A stretch of DNA of 64,000 bases. It comes from a virus. The stretch lies in IMG/VR virus record IMGVR_UViG_3300025652_009361, positions 59,562 through 123,561 of that record. One strand, 5' to 3'. The translations under genes and the position numbers were made by a program. Below, piece after piece: positions 9,233-18,012 of the stretch (the stretch's first letter is position 1; the number at the start of each line of letters is the position of its first letter). The notes beneath the pieces are model-generated. The model was not told the DNA's origin, made no database searches, and was given only the letters and a program-made list of their open reading frames with translations.

Positions 9233-9486
9233 ACTATATGTTTCCATTTTAGAAACTGGAACAATAAAAAACTAAAAGCTCCGGTAGATAAAGTCCATTT
9301 AGTAAAACTTTGAGGTGTTAAAACTTGTTTTTCTATAGCCTCTCCTCCGTCAATTGAACGAATAAACCTATTCTCTCTTTCTGCTTTTTCAGGTAAAGTT
9401 ATTTTTTCTCCAGAACTTCTATATTTTTTTATAGTAGCACAAGAACAAAACACGCATGACACCATTATTAATATAAAATATTTCAT
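9229..9486 (-). CDS. Lipoprotein with C-terminal hydrophobic segment (u-spanin-like)
   Basis: Lipobox-like VFCSC after a hydrophobic leader, and a C-terminal hydrophobic helix. Confidence 0.45.
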   Translation of the reverse strand: MKYFILIMVSCVFCSCATIKKYRSSGEKITLPEKAERENRFIRSIDGGEAIEKQVLTPQSFTKWTLSTGAFSFLLFQFLKWKHIV

Positions 9487-9917
9487 TAGGACTTAACTAC
9501 GGAACTGCCAAAATAAAAACCCACTATAGCCGTCAAAGTTTGCCTTACTTCTGGTATCATTAAATAACCATCTACTCTTACGAAGTAATTTTCTGTTCCC
9601 CCTCCAAACAAACCAAATAAAAATGATTTTTTGGTTTCAGTTATTTGTACGTAAAGAGGCTCATTTAAAAGAGCCAAGAAAAAAGGAGCAATAATAACTC
9701 CAAATAAAGTAGATATAACTATTAATCTTCTTACCCATTTGCCACCATCGACAGAAACTCTTTGCACCGCTGCGTTATGAGCGTCTTCGTTAGCCTTCTG
9801 CACGTTAAGGGCCATTTTTAGCATCTCTGCTTTCTCTTTGGCTCTTTGAGCCATAAATTTAAACACGAAGCCTGAAAGGCTCCCTATGGCCATGGAGATT
9901 AATTCTGGCGGTATCAT
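9486..9917 (-). CDS. Holin-like membrane protein
   Basis: Three hydrophobic segments, W(V)RR and AIVGFYFGS C-terminus typical of 3TM holins. Confidence 0.6.
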   Translation of the reverse strand: MIPPELISMAIGSLSGFVFKFMAQRAKEKAEMLKMALNVQKANEDAHNAAVQRVSVDGGKWVRRLIVISTLFGVIIAPFFLALLNEPLYVQITETKKSFLFGLFGGGTENYFVRVDGYLMIPEVRQTLTAIVGFYFGSSVVKS

Positions 9918-9934
9918 ATCAATATTATTTACAC
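9918..9934 (-). promoter_or_regulatory. GTGTA element
   Basis: GTGTA 12 nt before ATG 9917. Confidence 0.6.
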
Positions 9935-9944
9935 TTATAATAGT

Positions 9945-9981
9945 AAAAAAGAAAAGCCACCCCCTAAAAAGAGGGTGGCTT
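9945..9981 (-). terminator. Intrinsic terminator after thyX
   Basis: AAGCCACCC...GGGTGGCTT stem with T-tract on the minus strand. Confidence 0.75.
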
Positions 9982-10009
9982 CATGCTACTTGGGTTGCCT
10001 GAGTGGGGG

Positions 10010-10630
10010 TTAAAGATTAAATGCTTTTATTGTATGCTCAAAAGGGTTGCCTTTAATATTTTTTACAATATTAAGCATCTCAGATGCTACATCTCTAATT
10101 TCTTTCTGGGCGTCAGGTTTATTTCTTAAATTTAAGAAATGATAAAATGATCTCCAATTAAATAGAACATCCGCACAAATTTGTGAATTGTATGTTTTAA
10201 AAAATCTCGCTGATTCTTTTACTCGTTTTCTTCCAAGTGATTCTTCAAGATCTTTGATGACTTCGTGATATAATTCATTTCCTTGATTTGAATAGTCTCG
10301 CAGTTTTTCTTGCCATTTTGTGGGCCAATCTTCTGGGATAATGTATTTATCTTCTTTAATTTCTTTATATCTTGCGCTTTCTCCGTTAATAGAGACACCA
10401 ATGCGATGCTTAAGCAAGTGGATGTGGCTAGCAATATCAGTATCCACAAGAAAGTGAAGAGAAGACTTCTCAAAAGGAGTATGATGACCGTTGCTAGCAA
10501 GCATATCAAGGAGCTTACCCGCTCTTTTAATTTTGTCTTCATTTAAATCTCTACTTGTTGAAGTCCAAGCTGAACAAGCATGAACAAGATCATCTCCATA
10601 GTAACCAATTAATTCAACTTTATTGTTCAT
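10010..10630 (-). CDS. thyX: FAD-dependent thymidylate synthase
   Basis: GHHTPFE, KHRIGVSINGESARY (RHR-x7-S-x-R), NWRSFYHFLNLR..AQKEIR. Confidence 0.95.
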   Translation of the reverse strand: MNNKVELIGYYGDDLVHACSAWTSTSRDLNEDKIKRAGKLLDMLASNGHHTPFEKSSLHFLVDTDIASHIHLLKHRIGVSINGESARYKEIKEDKYIIPEDWPTKWQEKLRDYSNQGNELYHEVIKDLEESLGRKRVKESARFFKTYNSQICADVLFNWRSFYHFLNLRNKPDAQKEIRDVASEMLNIVKNIKGNPFEHTIKAFNL

Positions 10631-10793
10631 CGTTTAATTTTTTATCGTATACAATACATTCATTCATAATACAATCCCAATGATCTGTTTCACATAATTC
10701 ACTTTTAAGTTCTTTCGAGGTATCTTCACCACAATATTGACAAGTCCAGTATTGCGTTAATGATTTAACCAAGTTTTGCTCCGATTTTTCCAT
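10620..10793 (-). CDS. Small Cys-rich hypothetical protein (57 aa)
   Basis: Manual translation MEKSEQNLVKSLTQYWTCQYCG...HWDC. Confidence 0.6.
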   Translation of the reverse strand: MEKSEQNLVKSLTQYWTCQYCGEDTSKELKSELCETDHWDCIMNECIVYDKKLNDEQ

Positions 10794-10810
10794 ATATTTT
10801 TTTCAATACT

Positions 10811-10990
10811 TTATCTAAGTTCATGTCCGCAACTCCTGCAAACTTTCAGGGAAAAAAATAACACATCTTTGCATACAGGGCAAATTTTTTCTTTGAGAGA
10901 ATCACTTGATGCCCAATTAACATGTTCATAATTGGATTTGTATTTTTTACTAAAACAGTTACGAGGTTTGTCCCCTTTGCCAGCGCTCAT
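10811..10990 (-). CDS. Small zinc-ribbon protein (59 aa, MSAGKGDKPRN...)
   Basis: Manual translation. CPVC...CRSCG. Confidence 0.65.
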   Translation of the reverse strand: MSAGKGDKPRNCFSKKYKSNYEHVNWASSDSLKEKICPVCKDVLFFSLKVCRSCGHELR

Positions 10991-11026
10991 TTAATTAATT
11001 CTGGGTTCTTAAAAATATTACCGGCT

Positions 11027-11194
11027 TCATTTTAATTTTTTAACTTTATTTTCTTTCAAATCGCTCATTATTTGAAGTCTTTCTTCTTCTGTATATCGCG
11101 GCCAATTTAAAAGATGCTCTTTTGTTCTCCGACACACTGCGCAAACGTCATTTTCAAATCGGCAAAACCCAGTGCAGGGGGAAGATATTTTCAT
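11027..11194 (-). CDS. DUF1289-like small Cys protein
   Basis: Manual translation MKISSPCTGFCRFENDVCAVCRRTKEHLLNWPRYTEEER. Confidence 0.7.
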   Translation of the reverse strand: MKISSPCTGFCRFENDVCAVCRRTKEHLLNWPRYTEEERLQIMSDLKENKVKKLK

Positions 11195-11196
11195 TT

Positions 11197-11454
11197 CTAC
11201 TTTTTAACTTTTAGCCCATAATTCATATTGATCCAAGCGGCTTGAATGTGGGCTCTGTCATTAGTCATTTTTAAATTATCTTTAATATATTTTTTCATCC
11301 AAGTAACCCACTTTTCATTTTGTTCTTTAGTGCATGTGTATTTTTTATACCAATTTGGTATTTTGTTTTCACACACGTCTTCAAACTTCAAATCAACTTT
11401 AGCGATTTTAAATTGCTTATCGATGATTTTCCTGAGATGTTGATCTTTCATCAT
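11197..11454 (-). CDS. Hypothetical protein
   Basis: ORF in operon. Confidence 0.75.
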   Translation of the reverse strand: MMKDQHLRKIIDKQFKIAKVDLKFEDVCENKIPNWYKKYTCTKEQNEKWVTWMKKYIKDNLKMTNDRAHIQAAWINMNYGLKVKK

Positions 11455-11879
11455 TAACTTACTCCTGTTGATCCGAATCCTTTGTCTAAACGCACTGAGT
11501 CTTCGAGCTCAGAAACTTCTTGCCATTCAACCTTGTGGCATTTTTCGATAATCAACTGAGCGATTCTGTCTCCTTTTTTAAATTCAAAATCTTTTACATC
11601 TGTATTATATAAAATGACTCCAATATCTCCACGGTAATCTGCATCAATTACGCCAGCCATCACGTCAATACCGCTTTTGTATGCGAGGCCAGAGCGAGGG
11701 GCAATTCTTCCATAATAACCATCAGGAATAGAAATAGAAATATTAGTCTTAATCAAAAGTCTACACTCAGAAAGAACAATCCCTTCTTCAGATGCGTATA
11801 AATCATAGCCAGCGGCATGTTCAGAGCCTTGAACGGGAAGCGTGGCGTTTTCGGATAATTTTTTAACCTCGATTTTCAT
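11454..11879 (-). CDS. dut: dUTP diphosphatase (trimeric)
   Basis: AGYDL, IAPRSGLA, GVIDADYRG, RIAQL, GFGSTG. Confidence 0.97.
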   Translation of the reverse strand: MKIEVKKLSENATLPVQGSEHAAGYDLYASEEGIVLSECRLLIKTNISISIPDGYYGRIAPRSGLAYKSGIDVMAGVIDADYRGDIGVILYNTDVKDFEFKKGDRIAQLIIEKCHKVEWQEVSELEDSVRLDKGFGSTGVS

Positions 11880-11880
11880 A

Positions 11881-12621
11881 TTAACTTTTCTTTAAAAGTA
11901 CCATTAACTTTCTTGAGTCTGAAGCAGGAATGTCAAAATAACCATCCCAAGTTTTAACATTTTCATTTTGATATTTTTCTGATTTCCACATATCTCTTAA
12001 GAAATTTTTAAATTCATCAAATGTATCATAGCCCTTTTTCTTTGCAGTTTTTTCAAGTGTTTTTTGGGCGGAAGGTAAAGCAGCTTCAGTGATTTCTTGG
12101 ATTAGTTCTGAGCTATCTTTTGAAGAAGAGTCTATTTCATCTGCGCCAACAATATGGATATTAAGAAAATTTCTCACACACCTAACAAAAGCTCTGTTTG
12201 CAGCAATACACTCTAGAAATTTTACTGCGAAATTGCTTGTGTTATGGACAGTTGCGTTTCCGATATCCTCAAAATAAATAGGTTGACTTTCAGATTCAAA
12301 ATTACCTATCCAAGATATACCACATTTAACTGCAACATGGTTTATCTCGCATTTAATTACTTCGTATTTAACTTCAGTAAATCCTCTAAGTTTAGCAAGC
12401 TCTTTGATTCCTGAAAGCTTAATTAATAATTGACTATCGTCTAATCCTTCTGCAGATTTAGGCATTGGTTTTTTTCTCAATTCAAACCATCCTTTATTTG
12501 GGTACAGATGCTCAAGAGCTACCATAGCTCTCCAGTTAACGGATCCATCATCGTTCTGCTCGTAGTTTACATTTTCAAGCAGACCAAACTCATTTCTTGA
12601 CTGAAGCTTTATTTTTTGCAT
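11881..12621 (-). CDS. Putative Rad52/Sak-like single-strand annealing protein
   Basis: GIKELAKLRG...beta strands...IAANRAFVRCVRNFLNI..VGADEI resembles the Rad52-superfamily core. Confidence 0.5.
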   Translation of the reverse strand: MQKIKLQSRNEFGLLENVNYEQNDDGSVNWRAMVALEHLYPNKGWFELRKKPMPKSAEGLDDSQLLIKLSGIKELAKLRGFTEVKYEVIKCEINHVAVKCGISWIGNFESESQPIYFEDIGNATVHNTSNFAVKFLECIAANRAFVRCVRNFLNIHIVGADEIDSSSKDSSELIQEITEAALPSAQKTLEKTAKKKGYDTFDEFKNFLRDMWKSEKYQNENVKTWDGYFDIPASDSRKLMVLLKKS

Positions 12622-13786
12622 GATTTTTTACATTGAATATTTTGAAAAATTCAATTTCTTTCTCGAATTCTTTATTCAATATAGCATTATTACCATTGAT
12701 GTCAAGCGTTTTTCCGGCCAAAAAAGCTGCTTTGCATGGATATTTTTTGCCTTTAGATATAATAATCTTAGAGCTGTGATATTTTGAAGATTTTGAAAAT
12801 TTTTCTAAGGTTGGGATTACTTCTTCATCTGAAAAATCCTGCTCAAGCTCCCAATCTAAAAATTTAAATTTGTGATCTTTAAACTTTTCTTTATTGTCAC
12901 AATAAAGGTTTATTTTTACTCCAATAGATTTGCAAAGCTTAACAAAATTAGTAGTGATGGATTCTGATGCCATCGCTGTAACAGCGACAATGTTTTGCCT
13001 GTAAGATTTTAGCAAATCAATATTTAAGTCTTTATTAGTTATTATATTTACTTTTCTATTTTTTAGCCAGTAAAGTAAAACTCTGGCATCCAAATCATCT
13101 ATGTAATCTAATCTTAAATTAATAGATTGATTTTGCAAGAAATTTTCATCAGATATAAAATCTGGGATCACTTCAACAATTTTTTGATTATAATCTCGAC
13201 CTAGAAAAACTAAATCATATTTATCTAAACTATTTTTAATTTTTAAGCTATCTAAAATATTTTTAGCTACTTCATACGGATTGATTAAATTAACAGCTTT
13301 AGGATTTTCTGACAAGGTGTTGTAAGAGGGTTTGTTACCGAACCTGTCAGACTCTAAAATTATTTGATTGTTTTTATTCCAAATGGGAGCTCTGCTGCTT
13401 GGGTTAAATACAGAGTAAAGTCCAATTGATTTTTTATTTAAAGCTGAAGCTACGTAAAGAGTATAGTTTTCATTAGATAAAACTAACTGCGATTTATCTA
13501 TAATGTAATTTTCTTGTTTTTTATTGATTTTGATAAAACATTTTTTAGACTTTATCCTAAGAGAAGAATCATCTGCAAGTTGATATATTTCTATATTGTT
13601 TTTACTCAAGTAAGGTTCCACTAATTCTACAACATCTTTGTAATAATCGTATACACCTTCTTTAAACGTACTTCGAGAATCAATAATTATATATTTTTCA
13701 TCAACAACAGGATAGAAAAATTTATCTATAAAAGGTTTGTTTAATTTAACGCCGCAATCTAAAGCTATTTTTTCACTCAGATTCAT
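12590..13786 (-). CDS. Glycosyltransferase-like protein (GT9/GT-B-like N-terminal part)
   Basis: YIIDKSQLVLSNENYTLYVASALNKKSIGLYS resembles the GT9 DS-x-x-H-LA-A region (degenerate). Start adjusted to ATG 13786. Confidence 0.5.
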   Translation of the reverse strand: MNLSEKIALDCGVKLNKPFIDKFFYPVVDEKYIIIDSRSTFKEGVYDYYKDVVELVEPYLSKNNIEIYQLADDSSLRIKSKKCFIKINKKQENYIIDKSQLVLSNENYTLYVASALNKKSIGLYSVFNPSSRAPIWNKNNQIILESDRFGNKPSYNTLSENPKAVNLINPYEVAKNILDSLKIKNSLDKYDLVFLGRDYNQKIVEVIPDFISDENFLQNQSINLRLDYIDDLDARVLLYWLKNRKVNIITNKDLNIDLLKSYRQNIVAVTAMASESITTNFVKLCKSIGVKINLYCDNKEKFKDHKFKFLDWELEQDFSDEEVIPTLEKFSKSSKYHSSKIIISKGKKYPCKAAFLAGKTLDINGNNAILNKEFEKEIEFFKIFNVKNHAKNKASVKK

Positions 13787-15668
13787 AAGTTGTATAATGT
13801 AATTTATCTTTGTTGTTTCTGGTATAATTGTTTCTAATTGACAAATGAGGAGCATATACTACATCAAAACACCCTTTTTTGTCACCTTTTCCTTCTAAAA
13901 ATAACGGGTCGTTTATTTTAGGTATATAATGTAAAGTTCTTTTAATATCTGGGTGAGCATCTATCAGTCCCATGTTTTCTGTTTTAGTAAAAAAATAGAT
14001 AGAATGTTCAGGGTAAAGTTTTTTTATCGAAGAAATTGCTGAAGTTGCTATGATTACCTCTTCGCTTCCTAATGGCTCTATGTAAGCTATTCTTTTTTCT
14101 TCTGGTGTATTCTCCATTTCTTGCAAGAATTCTTCGAAATCATTTAAGTATTTTTCTTTTAGTGCTACTTTGGTGAAATAATCGATAACTTTAGGTCTTG
14201 ATAAGTCAGTTTTCAACCTGTGCACCCAATGTTTAGTTCCTTGTGGGTCACTTTTTCCTAGTATATTTTCATATAAAGACTCGATCCACTCTTTATTTGA
14301 AAGTGAATTGTCCGGCTCGAAATGTATATTCCTGATTTCTGATTTCTTTTCGTAATCAAATTCTACATCTGGAAGTGAGTCTATTAAATCTTCAAACTGT
14401 TTACCTATTTTTTCTATGCTGTAATTTTCTAAAACAAATTGTCTAGATTTTTTTTCTTTACTGCGTTTTTTCTTTTTGGACATTTTGTAGACTTTTTTAA
14501 TTTGACTACTAATGCTTGTAGGAGATGTAGTGGCTTTTATGAATTGAGTTCCGGGCTCTCTATATTCAGTCCAGTCTAAAGGTAAGCCTCCGCTTTCATC
14601 TGTGCAGCAATCTTCTCCGCAACTATAATTAGTTACTAAAGTTACTAGTTCTGTTAATTTAGCTTCTTGGATTGGAAGTTCTTGACCACCAGAAGTAAAA
14701 GGGTGACAATAAACATCCATCAAGTTATAAATTTCATTCAACTGTCTTTCGTCTACTCCGTTTTTGACATTAGTTGTTTCGCTTGTATCCTTTCCATTAC
14801 AAAATTTACATTTAATTTTTTGGCCTTCAAACGGCTTGATGTCATACCTATTGCAACTGGAACAAAAATATGTTGTTAAAACATCAGTTCTTTCTATATT
14901 TTTCTCTTTTAAAAGCTTTAGAATGTCCCAACCTTCTGACCAGTGGGTATGGAGTAGTAATTTAGCTTTAGCATCCGGGTTGTTTTGCGCGAAAATTTTA
15001 AACCCATCCAAAAGATTTGGAACTGATTTCCTCAGTTGGTTTCTAAACACAAAACCTATAATAAAATTATCTTGAGTTCCGTAAAAATTCCTCAACTTAT
15101 TTCTATCTTGATCGTCAAATCTAAAGAAATTTTGAGTTTCAATACTACCTCTTACAGTTTTTACGTGATTGTGGCCGGTATTGTTTAGCGCTTTTTCAGC
15201 AAAAGAAGCCCAAACAAAGTAATTTTTTATTTTTGATGCGGCTTCTACGGCATCTGGTAAGATTGGTAAACTGTCCAGTGTGGTGTGAATAATACAATGC
15301 ACTTTATTCCACCATGGCTTGTCAAAAAAACCTCTAAAAGCCCAAATATCTTCTATCCCTAAATAAACATCAGGTTTAAGTTCATATATAGCTTTATCGA
15401 TCATTTCTGAGCCATAAGAAGCGCTGTGTTTTCTGGTTTCGTCAGAAACAATTTCTTTTTGTATTTCTGGGTCATCTGGCAAGGAGCCGTAAGATTCCCA
15501 TGGTGTAGATTTAATTTTAGGAGAACTCCAAGGAGTTCCATTGCTAAATTCAATTAACTCATATTTGCCTGTTTTATATAAATACTTTAATAGGTTTTTT
15601 TTATGTTTACCAAATCCAGTGAACATTTTACAAAAATTACTATGAATTAATATCTTTTTCTTTTTCAT
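13773..15668 (-). CDS. Multidomain glycosyltransferase (GT4 + C-terminal GT9-like domain)
   Basis: TGFG, RNQLRK, YNLMDVYCHPFTSGGQELPIQEA. Internal CxxC..CxxC. C-terminal LGSEEVII..SSIKKLYP. Confidence 0.8.
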   Translation of the reverse strand: MKKKKILIHSNFCKMFTGFGKHKKNLLKYLYKTGKYELIEFSNGTPWSSPKIKSTPWESYGSLPDDPEIQKEIVSDETRKHSASYGSEMIDKAIYELKPDVYLGIEDIWAFRGFFDKPWWNKVHCIIHTTLDSLPILPDAVEAASKIKNYFVWASFAEKALNNTGHNHVKTVRGSIETQNFFRFDDQDRNKLRNFYGTQDNFIIGFVFRNQLRKSVPNLLDGFKIFAQNNPDAKAKLLLHTHWSEGWDILKLLKEKNIERTDVLTTYFCSSCNRYDIKPFEGQKIKCKFCNGKDTSETTNVKNGVDERQLNEIYNLMDVYCHPFTSGGQELPIQEAKLTELVTLVTNYSCGEDCCTDESGGLPLDWTEYREPGTQFIKATTSPTSISSQIKKVYKMSKKKKRSKEKKSRQFVLENYSIEKIGKQFEDLIDSLPDVEFDYEKKSEIRNIHFEPDNSLSNKEWIESLYENILGKSDPQGTKHWVHRLKTDLSRPKVIDYFTKVALKEKYLNDFEEFLQEMENTPEEKRIAYIEPLGSEEVIIATSAISSIKKLYPEHSIYFFTKTENMGLIDAHPDIKRTLHYIPKINDPLFLEGKGDKKGCFDVVYAPHLSIRNNYTRNNKDKLHYTTYESE

Positions 15669-15754
15669 GGAAATAATTGCGCTGTTTAATATTGAACCTT
15701 TGAAATACGTCTGGCGTATTGAGTGCTTAAAATACTTTTACAGCGTGAAATTAA

Positions 15755-16336
15755 TTAAAACTCGTCTTCTTCAGCGGCAACGGGCTGTTTCGGCGCTTCT
15801 TTTTTCTTTGGGGTGAATTTTTGCTTATTAGCTTGATATTGTTTTTGATTATCTTTAGCTTTTTGATCTCTAACAGCATCTAAAACATTAAAATAATGAT
15901 TAATAAAAGCAACTAGTCTGACTCCTTCGCCCGGATCTACTGGGATTTTAAAAGTATCAGATCCGTTTCTGATGATGGTGAATCCAAAAGCTGTTACTTG
16001 GACTGCAAAATCCCCGCTTCCTCTAGTTTTTTCGTAAGGAGTTAGCCTAATTTGAGTCTTGGTGGACTCATTGCTATGGAAAGTTGAATAAGCAGTTTTA
16101 TTATTGAAGCTGCTGATAATTTCCCCTAACTCAAATTCGTTGAATTTTAAAGCAATGGTTTTTGAAGGGTCGTTTCTACTTTCAGAAAAAGATCCTGTCT
16201 TATTTTGATTATTCCACGAATGCTGTAAGATGCAATTAGCAAAAAACTGTGGCTCTTGATCTGGCTTTTGAGAGATCTGGAAACTCATTGCACAGCCAGT
16301 GTTTTTAGGGTTGGGCTTATATAACTGTAAACTCAT
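15755..16336 (-). CDS. Putative single-stranded DNA-binding protein (Whirly/PC4-like fold, acidic tail)
   Basis: Repeated beta-beta-beta-beta-alpha pattern (ALKFNEFELGEII; KIPVDPGEGVRL) and C-terminal EEDEF. Confidence 0.5.
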   Translation of the reverse strand: MSLQLYKPNPKNTGCAMSFQISQKPDQEPQFFANCILQHSWNNQNKTGSFSESRNDPSKTIALKFNEFELGEIISSFNNKTAYSTFHSNESTKTQIRLTPYEKTRGSGDFAVQVTAFGFTIIRNGSDTFKIPVDPGEGVRLVAFINHYFNVLDAVRDQKAKDNQKQYQANKQKFTPKKKEAPKQPVAAEEDEF

Positions 16337-16373
16337 ATTGCATGATTATAAAAATAAAATGCAATATTTCCAC

Positions 16374-16403
16374 AAAAAAAAAGAGCCTCTTTTGAGGCTC
16401 TTT
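16374..16403 (-). terminator. Intrinsic terminator
   Basis: AAAGAGCCTC-tttt-GAGGCTCTTT with a long T-tract on the minus strand. Confidence 0.8.
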
Positions 16404-16406
16404 GAG

Positions 16407-16628
16407 TTAGTCTGCTATGTAATAAAATATCGTTTTTGCTGTAGCAGCAGTAATGTTGGTGCTTATTTTAAGAGGCACCGTAAAGCTGATCGGAGCGGAA
16501 ATAGCAATAGCTTCTCCTTCAGCTGTAAATCCAGCGTTAGCAGCAATAACATAAATATTTTTATTAGATGGACAGGTAATTGATGTTCCTGTATTAAAAG
16601 TACAAAATGGTAATATTAAATCTTTCAT
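16407..16628 (-). CDS. Small beta-rich hypothetical protein (possible virion protein)
   Basis: ORF preceded by GTGTA (10 nt spacer) and followed by a terminator. Confidence 0.7.
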   Translation of the reverse strand: MKDLILPFCTFNTGTSITCPSNKNIYVIAANAGFTAEGEAIAISAPISFTVPLKISTNITAATAKTIFYYIAD

Positions 16629-16643
16629 TTTTATGTTTTACAC

Positions 16644-17801
16644 TTATTGAGACGATTTAAGAAGTGATTCTAGCTTATCTTCTGGAGTAGATATACCGCC
16701 AATTGCCGTAAATAAAGATAAACCTTTTTTAGCTCCTTTATAAATTCCTTGATGTACTGTGCTGTTTGTTTTTAAGGTTCTGTTTAATTGATTAAAAGCT
16801 CCATCTATATATTCCTGTGGGATATCGTCTAGAGTTTCTTCATCACCTATAGCAACAGATGCCGCTACAACGCCTGTAGACAGGTCTAATTCTCCACATA
16901 AAACGTTTCTTTTAAGATTATCTCTAACAGCCTTAGAAATTGCGGATTCACTGCCTGTGTCATTAATGTTTGTAGCGCCAAAAACCATAATACCAGAATC
17001 TAAAACAGTTCTAAAATCGTTTGTATCAAAAGTACTATACTGACTATTTTTTGTAATAATATTATTAAATAAATGAAATAGCGAACAAATATTAGCATTT
17101 GCTACTTGCCAAAATTTATTTATTGATAATTTAGGGTAAAGAGAGTTTATCTTTTCATTATCTAATATAATTAAAGGTGAAACTATTTTTTTATCTACTA
17201 GATCGCAAGCCTCTTTTAAAGTTTCATAAGCATTTAAGCTAACTTTTTTACCTTCAGATAGCTTAGGTAAAGCTAAAATTAAGCCTACGTAAGGTGATGA
17301 AGCTTTTACTGTTTGTTGGTATTCGTGAACAGTTTTAACTAACTCAGAAGAAACGCCAGCGCCGGTACCTCCACCAGCGCCAATTGTAACAAAAATTCTA
17401 TCAATATCTGTTCCTACAGAATCTTTAATAAAATCAACAACATCTTCTTTATTTTCAGAAAAAGCTTGCTTGGCGATACCTCTGTTTTTGCCAGCTCCTT
17501 GTTGTTCTCCAAATTTTAATTTGTTTTTAACATTCAGTGTCGCCAAGTCTTGGTCAGCTGTGTTAATTACTCCGACTCTTGCATAGCCAATTTTAGAAAA
17601 AGTTTCAGCTAACTTGCCTCCACCTTGACCAGCACCAATAAAACCAAACTTAAAACCTACTGCATCTTTATCTTTTAGTTCGGCTTTTTCTTTTTGGGTT
17701 GGCTCTGGAATATCAGGCATTGCAAAGTCAAAAGTGTCATTGCTACCTGCATCGGTTTCAGCATCTGCGCCGACATCATAGATTGGATTGAAATCACTCA
17801 T
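16644..17801 (-). CDS. Tubulin/FtsZ-family GTPase (TubZ/PhuZ/CetZ-like)
   Basis: IGAGQGGGKLA, VINT..QDL, GAGKN, GAGGGTGAG signature, LALP...EG, ILDNEK, T7-like FDTNDF. Confidence 0.92.
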   Translation of the reverse strand: MSDFNPIYDVGADAETDAGSNDTFDFAMPDIPEPTQKEKAELKDKDAVGFKFGFIGAGQGGGKLAETFSKIGYARVGVINTADQDLATLNVKNKLKFGEQQGAGKNRGIAKQAFSENKEDVVDFIKDSVGTDIDRIFVTIGAGGGTGAGVSSELVKTVHEYQQTVKASSPYVGLILALPKLSEGKKVSLNAYETLKEACDLVDKKIVSPLIILDNEKINSLYPKLSINKFWQVANANICSLFHLFNNIITKNSQYSTFDTNDFRTVLDSGIMVFGATNINDTGSESAISKAVRDNLKRNVLCGELDLSTGVVAASVAIGDEETLDDIPQEYIDGAFNQLNRTLKTNSTVHQGIYKGAKKGLSLFTAIGGISTPEDKLESLLKSSQ

Positions 17802-17804
17802 AAT

Positions 17805-18008
17805 TTATATTAAACTTAAACTATCGCCTTTTCTAACGTTTTCCCAGTTAGCTTCGCTTTTATTTTTGACTCTTTGTTTGAATTGAACGTAGCAAACAGC
17901 AGAGCGTTGTTTTTGATCTTTATATTCACTAGTCATCATATCATCACTCATGCATCTATTGACAAACTCTTGCTGAGACTCTTTTTTGCTAGGTTTAGGT
18001 AAAGGCAT
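17805..18008 (-). CDS. Conserved small phage protein
   Basis: MPLPKP...EFVNRCM...QRSAVCY. GTGTA 10 nt upstream. Confidence 0.8.
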   Translation of the reverse strand: MPLPKPSKKESQQEFVNRCMSDDMMTSEYKDQKQRSAVCYVQFKQRVKNKSEANWENVRKGDSLSLI

Positions 18009-18012
18009 ATAC

